Source: Amphiscolops sp. MND2022 (Eukaryota). From it: a stretch of 64,000 nt of DNA. Positions 12,927 to 23,050 of the stretch are shown piece by piece (position 1 is the first letter of the stretch; each line of letters begins with the position of its first letter). The translations under genes and the position numbers were made by a program. The notes below the pieces were generated by a model. The model did no database searches and was not told the DNA's origin. It saw nothing but the letters and a program-made list of their open reading frames with translations. The stretch is from NCBI GenBank assembly GCA_964187785.1, contig OZ076409.1, positions 4,156,001 to 4,220,000 on the forward strand, written 5' to 3'.

Positions 12927-13049
12927 TTAAAATTTTGGTATGAATGAAATTAAGAATTTGTCAAGAAAAAGTGCAAGACCGGCAACGATAGCAATAAAGA
13001 ACCAAAGGCAGACAATGAGCTTAACTACAGTGTCTACTGAAGGCGGCAT
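12927..13049 (-). CDS. uORF1: 40-aa single-TM micropeptide (below the ORF-track cutoff)
   Basis: MPPSVDTVVKLIVCLWFFIAIVAGLALFLDKFLISFIPKF*; same length in B with synonymous and conservative changes. Confidence 0.7.
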   Translation of the reverse strand: MPPSVDTVVKLIVCLWFFIAIVAGLALFLDKFLISFIPKF

Positions 13050-13463
13050 GTACAATAAAGTTCTTTTAAAAGTATGTTAAAAAGGTTGTAAAAAAATTGG
13101 TAATATAAGTGTATGGCAAAATGAAAGTTATATAAAGAAATATTTGATACATTTGTTATATATTATAATTGTTATGTATTTGGATCCGTAAACCAGTTTT
13201 GAAAGAGTTTTGTATGAAGTTTGTACTTTAGGAGAGAGAGAAAAAGAAGTGTTATTATGGTGTTATGTAAGAAATATATGTTATATAGGTGTGCCAACTT
13301 TAAAGTTGATCCTAGCGGCTAGAACCAAAGAGTTTTTTACTAGCAGGAATCGCTGGATAGCACTGTAGAAGGGCCAACACGTATCGCACGTCTGCGGTTG
13401 GAACGGAAGAAAGAGAAAAAGCCAACACGAATTCACTCAGAGGTGGTTGGAACGAAAAATTTC

Positions 13464-13595
13464 ACTGACAGGAATTACGCGAATAAACGTAGTCAGAACC
13501 AAGAAATATGACTGACAGGAATTACGTTGAGAAACGCAGTCAGAACCAAGAAGTGTAACTGACAGGAATTACGTGAAAGGACGTAGTCAGAACCA
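13464..13595. repeat. 47-bp tandem repeat x~3 in the element A leader
   Basis: actgacaggaattacg...gtcagaacca units start at 13464, 13511 and 13558. Confidence 0.9.
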
Positions 13596-13776
13596 TAGCA
13601 ACACGAATCAATTTCGAAGAGAAATTGGTTGCAACGTTGAAGTTAATAACGGTAGGCAATATTGAGAGGTGGAGAAACTGTGTGTCGAACAAAGAGATAT
13701 CGGATGAGAAAGTCGAGAAAAGGTGTACAAAAATTGTAGAGTTGTGAAATGAATGGGAGAGAAAGAAGAATTTTCT

Positions 13777-13787
13777 TGGTTGCACCA
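13777..13787 (-). promoter_or_regulatory. Primer-binding site of element A (partly degenerate)
   Basis: TGGTGCAACCA on the minus strand, 2 nt after the LTR-terminal CA; B has TGGTGCGACCA. Confidence 0.75.
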
Positions 13788-13789
13788 AC

Positions 13790-14202
13790 TGAGCTGTTAA
13801 AAAGGGTGGTGGTTGTTTCTTTTAGATGTTTTATTACGGACATAAGAAGTCTAAGATTTTAACAGCGGGGTAGTCTTCCTTTATGCCTTGTAGCTAGCTA
13901 GTTCTAAGTACAATCTATTTCTGAGATCTCAGTTCTTGAAGTGCTAGAGAGAAGACTGATCGTCAGGATGAATTCTCAATTTCTCCGAGTAGATATATTC
14001 TATTAACTAGGGTAGGTTTCATCAATTAACAATGTGACAGCAACAGGATGAATCTAAGAAGCTTGTTAGAGGATATATTAAATGAAGTTTCTTCTAGAAT
14101 AATTAGCTTTCAGATAAGATTACATTTGTTAATTATTTGGACTAAGAGTTCAGATAATTTCTGAATTATAGAATCTTTGAGGACATGCATCATGGCATCA
14201 CA
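13790..14202 (-). repeat. LTR shared between A (as 5' LTR) and B (as 3' LTR), 413 bp
   Basis: TGTGATG...CAGCTCA on the minus strand; homologous to 27598-28009 with the same boundaries. Confidence 0.93.
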
Positions 14203-15177
14203 ATCAACCGGGAATTTGAAAATTAAAATTACATATATGCACTTTGGGTTTGAGGAGTTCCAAATGTTTTTGTTTCAGATGTGTTATGCATGGGTTTGTT
14301 TCATATGTGGTTTGCATGAGTTTCGTTTTATAATGTACCACACTTAAGGAGTGAGAACAACTAAAGACGATTTTACTTCTTACGTCATAGACGATTCAAT
14401 TGGTGCAAAGGTTCTAGTTTCTTTCAGTTTCGTTGACTGACAGTTTCGTTCAAGTTATTGTTGACAACTATTTACTATAACTATGTACATTTTCATGTTC
14501 TTTTTTCGTATCAGCCAACGGCTTGTTTGAAAAAATTTCACCAACATGAATTAGACAGCATGAAAATCTTTTTCAAGTTGAATTAAAGCGTGATGTAACA
14601 ATGAGTTGTGAACCAACATTGGCGGGTTTGTGAACCAAAAGTGAAGAAGTTTTGAAAAGTCAAGGTTGAAGTGAGAGTCCATTTTCAACAAAAGTGACGA
14701 GTAGAGCAGAAGCAAGAGAATTGAAAGCAAAAATCTTTGACAACTGCAAGTTTCAAACATCAAAAAACTCGAAGTGAAGAAGATGTAAAAAGTTTTGAGA
14801 AAATGTTTGGGAATGTTTTTGGGGAAGTAAAATAAAAGGTGTAGAACATGTTTTGTAAAAAAAAAAAACATTTTTTGTCAAAAATCTTAGGAAATTTCTT
14901 GTACAAAAATCTTAGGAAATTTCTTGTACCATAGGTAGGACTTGTGTTCTGTAAAAGATGGGAATTAAAGATGTATTGTATAGATGTATTATACACTTGT
15001 ATAGAAGTATTATACACATGACAATATAAATAGAAGTTTGTGGTTAGAGGATAAATATGGACGCAAATTTTGAAGGGTTACAAAGATTAGATTAGCGACT
15101 AATATGGGCAATTATAAGATTAAATATGAGTATGTACTGTTGAGGTTAAATGGGGGGTAAGATTATACACTGTATCT

Positions 15178-15330
15178 GAGTTACAATTTAGTTAAAATTG
15201 ATTACAATGGGTTACAAGTTAGTTAAAATTGACTATATTTTTACAATTGAGTTTGGAATTGACTATAATGAGTTACAAGTTAGGTAAAATTGACTATATA
15301 CATACAGTTTAGTTTAAAATTGACTAGATT
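15178..15330. repeat. Degenerate ~31-bp tandem repeat x~5 (second copy ~18039-18190)
   Basis: Recurring gttacaa(g/t)ttagttaaaattga(c/t)ta units. Confidence 0.75.
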
Positions 15331-15680
15331 CGAATCGCATTGTTTGAAATTTGGAGGAGAATTCAGTTCATCGAAGTGAGAAGACCAGTCAAGGAGTCGA
15401 CGATGTAGTGGCTGCCGCAAACACAGACCAGTGAAAAGGCAGGTTGAAAAAGTAGAAAGACCAGTGACAATGACAAGAAGAATGTTGGCAAAGTCGAAGA
15501 ACCCAGAGTGTGGATGGATGATATTGACCATCTTGTGGGTGTGCAGTGAGAATTGTCAGCGTGTGTAGGAGAAGTTTTTTTGGAGGAGTGATCAACAGCT
15601 ACATCTCAGACATCATTGAAGAAAGATGATGGAATCAAGAAGAGATCTATTTGAAGAGTGATAAAATGTAAGTAGAATGT

Positions 15681-16097
15681 TTAATTGTATGGAGCATGTT
15701 GTTGAGGTGGATGGGCCTGATGTTGGTGAGGGTCATAGATTTCTAATTTCTGTGTGTACCCAAAACTTTGGAGCATTTCATTGAATGCGTCAGTGGCTTC
15801 TTGTAGAGCAGCGTGAAAATAATGATCTTTGGAAGTGAATGCGGAGTTTAACACAAAAACGACATTAGAAGCCGTTTCACAAACGGCAATTTTTGGTCCA
15901 GCAACATGAATTCTTGAATTTTGTTCAAATGTGATGCGTTTCTTTTTGATTTGTGCGACATTATACAGAACTTTCAGAAAGGCAATAGGAGATTTTGGCG
16001 TTATTTTGTTGTTGTTGATTTCCAGCGAAAGTTTATAAGCCATTTTATGAAAGATAGCTGCTTTGAGGCTATGAGCTTTTGAGTGACTGGAAGTCAT
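15681..16097 (-). CDS. 3' accessory ORF5, 138 aa, unknown function
   Basis: ATG-initiated ORF with globular-looking composition on the element's sense strand. Confidence 0.55.
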   Translation of the reverse strand: MTSSHSKAHSLKAAIFHKMAYKLSLEINNNKITPKSPIAFLKVLYNVAQIKKKRITFEQNSRIHVAGPKIAVCETASNVVFVLNSAFTSKDHYFHAALQEATDAFNEMLQSFGYTQKLEIYDPHQHQAHPPQQHAPYN

Positions 16098-18535
16098 AAT
16101 AATTATATCTTCTACCTTCTACTTCAGCGTTGGGGGCCATTTAGAAGACAAAGAAAGAGAAGTGGAGATGTTCTGAAAGAGTATGGAAGGAGGACGAAGA
16201 AGAATGGATGTTTCTAAAACAAACGAAGTGTAAGGAATTTGACAACGACAATGGAAGAGAAGTACAATATAAAAAGGTGCTATAATGTATCATACATATT
16301 TTGTGCTATAACGTCTTGTATGTCTTGTGCCATTGTTTATGTGTAGTTTTTTAGACAAAAATAGTTATTTTTGACATGTACTCTAGGAAAGAAGTATGTA
16401 TTTTAAAAATAGTCCTGAGAATTCATTCAGAAAAACAAGGTATTCCCTTGACTAAGTAGGTAAAAATGTATGTACCTTTGATATAGGGCCAAAGATGTAC
16501 CATAGAGTGTACCAGAGAAGAAAAATTAAGAAATTTGTATTACCTGTAGTAGAGTTTAATGAAGATTAGTTGAGTTAAAAAGAGTAGTTATAGTTTCCAA
16601 AGCAGATTGAATTGCTTGGGATGATTGAGTAATGCGTTGAGAGTCTCTAGATCGAATGTTTGTAGGAGTTTGTGTGTTCTGTCGTAGCAGTGTAGTATAT
16701 GTGTGAGTGTTGTGATAGGTGTTTCAGAAGGATTTCGTTTATTTGGTTCTAGTAAATTTGTCATGTCTCGAAGTGCTCGGTTGTTTAATACAGAGGAAAG
16801 TGTGTCAGGAGTGTTTTTTATAGGTGAAGAGTGTGATTTATGTTCGTTTTTTTGTTCAGCTTGTACCATAAAGGAAATAGTTTTTGCAGAAATGAAGAGG
16901 AGTTCATTGTAGGAGTAGGTTTGTTTGTAGTGAATGTATAAATTTAGTATACGTTTGATGATGAGTAGCGTTTTGTGAAATAGAAAGGAAAGATGGATCT
17001 GATTCATCTGTTTTGATATCGTAAATAGATGGGCGGAGAAAGTTGAATTGGAGAGAGAAAATTTTGACTCCGTTATCAACCCAATATTGGTATGGACCCA
17101 ATATTTCGGAAGCGATTGAAGTGAAAAAGTCTTGGTTTTTGTCATACAAGCGAAGCGAATAGTCGGTAGGATGCTTATAGAGAGAAGTTAGTAGTGATTT
17201 AAAGATGAAATCATCATGAGAAAGAAGTGGGATCAAATGATCATCACGATTCGTGCAAAGCGAAATTTTTGAAGGTATTGAAGGAGGATATATTCGTTGA
17301 CTGACAGTTTCGTTCAAGTTATTGTTGACAACTATTTACTATAACTATGTACATTTTCATGTTCTTTTTTCGTATCAGCCAACGGCTTGTTTGAAAAAAT
17401 TTCACCAACATGAATTAGACAGCATGAAAATCTTTTTCAAGTTGAATTAAAGCGTGATGTAACAATGAGTTGTGAACCAACATTGGCGGGTTTGTGAACC
17501 AAAAGTGAAGAAGTTTTGAAAAGTCAAGGTTGAAGTGAGAGTTCATTTTCAACAAAAGTGACGAGTAGAGCAGAAGCAAGAGAATTGAAAGCAAAAATCT
17601 TTGACAACTGCAAGTTTCAAACATCGAAAAACTCGAAGTGAAGAAGATGTAAAAAGTTTTGAGAAAATTTTTGGGAATGTTTTTGGGGAAGTAAAATAAA
17701 AGGTGTAGAACATGTTTTGTAAAAAAAAACATTTTTTGTCAAAAACCTTAGGAAATTTCTTGTACAAAAATCTTAGGAAATTTCTTGTACCATAGGTAGG
17801 ACTTGTGTTCTGTAAAAGATGGGAATTAAAGATGTATTGTATAGATGTATTATACACTTGTATAGAAGTATTATACACATGACAATATAAATAGAAGTTT
17901 GTGGTTAGAGGATAAATATGGACGCAAATTTTGAAGGGTTACAAAGATTAGATTAGCGACTAATATTGGCAATTATAAGATTAAATAAGAGTATGTACTG
18001 TTGAGGTTAAATGGGGGGTAAGATTATACACTGTATCTGAGTTACAATTTAGTTAAAATTGCTTACAATGGGTTACAAGTTAGTTAAAATTGACTATATT
18101 TTTACAATTGAGTTTGGAATTGACTATAATGACTTACAAGTTAGGTAAAATTGACTATATACATACAGTTTAGTTTAAAATTGACTAGATTCGAATCGCA
18201 TTGTTTGAAATTTGGAGGAGAATTCAGTTCATCGAAGTGAGAAGACCAGTCAAGGAGTCGACGATGTAGTGGCTGCCGCAAACACAGACCAGTGAAAAGG
18301 CAGGTTGAGAAAGTAGAAAGACCAGTGACAAGAAGAATGTTGGCAAAGTCGAAGAACCCAGAGTGTGGATGGATGATATTGACCATCTTGTGGGTGTGCA
18401 GTGAGAATTGTCAGCGTGTGTAGGAGAAGTTTTTTTGGAGGAGTGATCAACAGCTACATCTCAGACATCATTGAGGAAAGATGATGGAATCAAGAAGAGA
18501 TGTATTTGAAGAGTGATAAAATGTAAGTAGAATGT

Positions 18536-18952
18536 TTAATTGTATGGAGCATGTTGTTGAGGTGGATGGGCCTGATGTTGGTGAGGGTCATAGATTTCTA
18601 ATTTCTGTGTGTACCCAAAACTTTGGAGCATTTCATTGAATGCGTCAGTGGCTTCTTGTAGAGCAGCGTGAAAATAATGATCTTTGGAAGTGAATGCGGA
18701 GTTTAACACAAAAACGACATTAGAAGCCGTTTCACAAATGGCAATTTTTGGTCCAGCAACATGAATTCTTGAATTTTGTTCAAATGTGATGCGTTTCTTT
18801 TTGATTTATGCGACATTATACAGAACTTTCAGAAAGGCAATAGGAGATTTTGGCGTTATTTTGTTGTTGTTGATTTCCAGCGAAAGTTTATAAGCCATTG
18901 TATGAAAGATAGCTGCTTTGAGGCTATGAGCTTTTGAGTGACTGGAAGTCAT
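18536..18952 (-). pseudogene. Second copy of ORF5 with a nonsense mutation
   Basis: CAA>TAA at 18808 relative to the 15681-16097 copy. Confidence 0.55.
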
Positions 18953-19442
18953 AATAATTATATCTTCTACCTTCTACTTCAGCGTTGGGGGCCATTTAGA
19001 AGACGAAGAAAGAGAAGTGGAGATGTTCTGAAAGAGTATGGAAGGAGGAGGAAGAAGAATGGATGTTTCTAAAACAAAAGAAGTGTAAGGAATTTGACAA
19101 CGACAATGGAAGAGAAGTACAATATAAAAAGGTGCTATAATGTATCATACATATTTTGTGCTATAACGTCTTGTATGTCTTGTGCCATTGTTTATGTGTA
19201 GTTTTTTAGACAAAAATAGTTATTTTTGACATGTACTCTAGGAAAGAAGTATGTATTTTAAAAATAGTCCTGAGAATTCATTCAGAAAAACAAGGTATTA
19301 CCTTGACTAAGTAGGTAAAAATGTATGTACCTTTGATATAGGGCCAAAGATGTACCATAGAGTGTACCAGAGAAGAAAAATTAAGAAATTTGTATTACCT
19401 GTAGTAGAGTTTAATGAAGATTAGTTGAGTTAAAAAGAGTAG

Positions 19443-20448
19443 TTATAGTTTCCAAAGCAGATTGAATTGCTTGGGATGATTGAGTAATGCGTTGAGAGTC
19501 TCTAGATTGAATGTTTGTAGGAGTTTGTGTGTTCTGTCGTAGCAGTGTAGTATATGTGTGAGTGTTGTGATAGGTGTTTCAGAAGGATTTCGTTTATTTG
19601 GTTCCAGTAAATTTGTCATGTATCGAAGTGCTCGGTTGTTTAATACAGAGGAAAGTGTGTCAGGAGTGTTTTTTATAGGTGAAGAGTGTGATTTATGTTC
19701 GGTTTTTTGTTCAGCTTGTACCATAAAGGAAATAGTTTTTGCAGAAATGAAGAGGAGTTCATTGTAGGAGTAGGTTTGTTTGTAGTGAATGTATAAATTT
19801 AGTATACGTTTGATGATGAGTAGCGTTTTGTGAAATAGAAAGGAAAGATGGATCTGATTCATCTGTTTTGATATCGTAAATAGATGGGCGGAGAAAGTTG
19901 AATTGGATAGAGAAAATTTTGACTCCGTTATCAACCCAATATTGGTATGGACCCAATATTTCAGAAGCGATTGAAGTGAAAAAGTCTTGGTTTTTGTCAT
20001 ACAAGCGAAATGAATAGTCGGTAGGATGCTTATAGAGAGAAGTTAGTTGTGATTTAAAGATGAAATCATCATGAGAAAGAAGTGGGATCAAATGATCATC
20101 ACGATTCGTGCAAAGCGAAATTTTTGAAGGTATTGAAGGAGGATATATTGGTGAAGAAAGAAAGACAGGATCTTTCATTATTTCGTATCGCTTTTTTGGA
20201 GGAGGTGGCGTTGCTTGTGTATGATCAGTATCATCAGGTCGAGTAACAGTTTTTGGATTTTCGTGTTCAACTTTTGTATGTTCCATTTGTTCAAGAAAAT
20301 TTGGAGGTGTTTGTTCAGAAGTCTCGATATAGAGAACGGGAGAATCATATAAAAGAGGTCTGGTTGTGAGATCAGCGGTTGCTTGTTCAAGCTGTTTTTT
20401 TAGATCAATTTGTGCTTATTTTTGTAGGTCAAGTTGTGCTTGTGTCAT
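19443..20448 (-). pseudogene. Post-env accessory ORF4 of element B (possibly continuing into the overlapping 19443-20000 frame)
   Basis: ATG at 20448 matches A 193; early in-frame TAA; ORF 19759-20286 continues it. Confidence 0.55.
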
Positions 20449-20720
20449 TTTAGTGATAAAAACATCAACAATCACAGTGTTATCTATTCCAAGAGGCCTT
20501 AGCACTTTAAAGTTAAAGTACTGTAAATTACACTAACGATGGGATTTATCAACTTTAGTTGAAGAGTGTTTGAGGACTGTTATGATGAGAGATGTGTCAT
20601 TTGATTGAGGAAGATAAACTTCTACAAGATTTTCAAGAGGTAGAGGAGTAGCAATTGTGGAGAGATGAAGGAGTAGACGAGTGTTCTGGAAGAGAGTTTG
20701 CAAATAGACTGAAAGAGTGT

Positions 20721-23048
20721 TCAAGAAGATGGAGGAGGAAAAGGATAGTTTACCCGTGAATAGATTTTAATTGGTATATCCGTAGTAGAGGTGACAGGGT
20801 TGTTAATCAAAGTGTCATGTTGAGTAGTTAGATTGTCATTCGGATGCAAGTTTTTATGAGTATAATTAGGAAGTGGAGGATGTTGAACAGGAGAGAAAGG
20901 AAGTGGAGAGGATTGGAGAGCAGTTTTTTGATGAGAATTGTGGTGTCTTTTCGGAAACAAGTTAAATTTAAGAAACTGAAGTTTGTTAGGACGTTTAGTA
21001 TAGAAAGGTGGAGGGGAAGTAATGTCAGTAGAATGATTATTTAATTTTGTTGAAGTGTCAATGAAATTATCTAAGGATTTGGATTTAAAAAGTGTACTTT
21101 TGGGTTTTTTTTGTTTTGAGTTTCATTGAGGTCATTGGCCATTTGTGCTGTAAGAACATTTAAAAAGCTATGTGCTATAGAGATGAATAAAGTAATATTA
21201 TTTTTAAGATTGTATTTAATACAAACTGTTTTGTATAGTTTGATAATAAGTGTGATAGTTGCTTGTACGAAAAGAAATGTGGAAAAATATATTCCACATT
21301 GAGTGAGGATATAACAAGGATATCCGAAAAGTGCAATAAAGGCGTCAGAAAACCATGTAGGTGTAAAAAGAGGAGTTAAGTTTAGCAATTTATCATGAAG
21401 TCCAATACGTATTGTGTTATATGGATTATCATGAGGTGAATTTGCATCATAGTCAGGAGTATTAGATGAAATGAAAGAATAACTAAGAGCTTTGCCGTGT
21501 AATTGAAGTGTAGAATCAGAATGTTTAGAAAATAATATTCTGTTCCAACATTGGTCAAGTTCAGCATTTGAATAAATACCAGCATCTTGAGCTGTGAAAG
21601 TGTTAGGGCGTATTGTTGTTTTAATTTGAGAAGGTGCGAACATTAGTGGAGGTTTGCGTTTAATAGGTTCAGGTCCAAGAATGTAAAAATCTTGATCATC
21701 AGAATCAGGATCTAGTTCAATAATATTTTTTTGATTATTATCACATGTAATTGGAGTAGCATAATCATAAGTTTGTCTGGAAATTGGGTCTACGTACATA
21801 AGAGTATCTTTAAAGTGTATAGGTATACGGTCAAAGCAACGATCAGCTTTGTATAAAGGAGAAAGAAAATGAGGACAGTCATAAAGCCAGGCAGTGGAGC
21901 CTTCGACGTATAAAAAGTTACTACGATTTCCTGTTAAAAGGATACCAGCAAGTTGAGGGTTTTGTACTGACATTGCGAGTATTGTAAGGAGTTGATTTCG
22001 TTCCAGTTCACATATTGTATGAAGAGTTTTAAGTTCTTGTACAATCATGGAACGAAAAACATGATTTATGGTATAATCAATTTTGGTGTTTATATGTGCA
22101 TCATAGTCAGTGGTAGCGAAGTTGTTTGAAACATTTAATGCAGGGAATACGAATTTCCTATTTGAATTGTCTAATACAATTTAGCCAGAAATATATTCAT
22201 CGATCATACAAAGAGGATTAGGTTGTCCTGTATGCATGTTAAATCCATCAGTGTATGTAACAAAAAGATCGGAATATTGTGTACAATAGAGTGGATCTGG
22301 TTTACCACAAAATGTTTGTGCTGTAGGGTATACTTCAAAGCGTGAAAGACTTGGGTTATTAGGATGTTGTGTATGAGGAGCGAAAACATATGGATGTTCT
22401 GTACCTTTATTACCAGAAGGAAGAGGTTTTCGGTTTTACTGAATGTGGAGATTGTACAAAAGAATCAGTTTCAATCCAAGAGCGATCTTCAATTTTGGTC
22501 ATACGTCCGAAGAAGTCTTGTAATGTAAAAATTAAACAAAAGTCGTCATTGAACCAAACAAGAGTAAAAGGAGTTTTAGTTGTCGGTTTACAGAAGCCAT
22601 CTGCAAAATAGCAGGGTAATGTATGTCCATCAATGATCATAACATTTGCTGTATCATCATAAGTACGTTCTACTTCGGAAATTTCTAATCGCCAACTAAC
22701 CAAATTGACTTCAAATTGATGATGGGAAGGACAATTATGATAAGGGTTTCGAGTTGGGTCATATATCCAGTTTTTGTCTGCAGGCATAAAGGTAAAAAGG
22801 CCAGTGTACATTTTGTTCAATTGATATACAGTGAAAGGAGTTTGGTAGCGTTCCAAACGTTCTTGAAAGTAGTGGTCTTCTAAGAGTGTAAATGTTGTAT
22901 TGTAATGTAGATTGTTCAATATTTTGTTGTTAGTACCATTAAGGTGTCTAATAATGTTTTTACATTCTAAAGGATCAAGGGTAACGGGAAGTGGTAAGGT
23001 ATTGTGGTTCCATACTGTTCTATCAACACGGCGGTATTTAACCGATCC
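20721..23048 (-). pseudogene. env: env-like glycoprotein of element B, N-terminally truncated
   Basis: ORFs 22410-22919 and 21071-22048 closely match A env; TM GYPCYILTQCGIYFSTFLFVQATITLII; removing one base from the A-run near 21110 extends the tail to 20721. Confidence 0.85.
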
Positions 23049-23050
23049 TT

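Larger units (their letters stand above)
1..14202 (-). mobile_element. Element A: env-carrying Ty3/Gypsy-order LTR retroelement, decayed; 3' end runs off the left edge of the window
   Basis: On the minus strand: LTR (TG..CA), PBS, gag with CCHC, protease DSG, RT, RNase H, integrase HHCC/DD35E/GPY, then glycoprotein. Multiple frameshifts and stops. Confidence 0.95.
14431..20149. repeat. Tandem duplication of ~2.86 kb (14431-17294 and 17295-20149)
   Basis: Near-identical copies; junction ggatatatt|cgttgactgac with TT microhomology. Confidence 0.97.

Noticed and set aside
1..14202. Element A as currently active
   Set aside because: RT YIDD is mutated to HIDD and there are many frameshifts and stops.
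14551..15595. Small ORFs near the 3' LTR as additional accessory genes
   Set aside because: Their apparent conservation comes only from the recent tandem duplication; several start at non-ATG codons or run through repeats.
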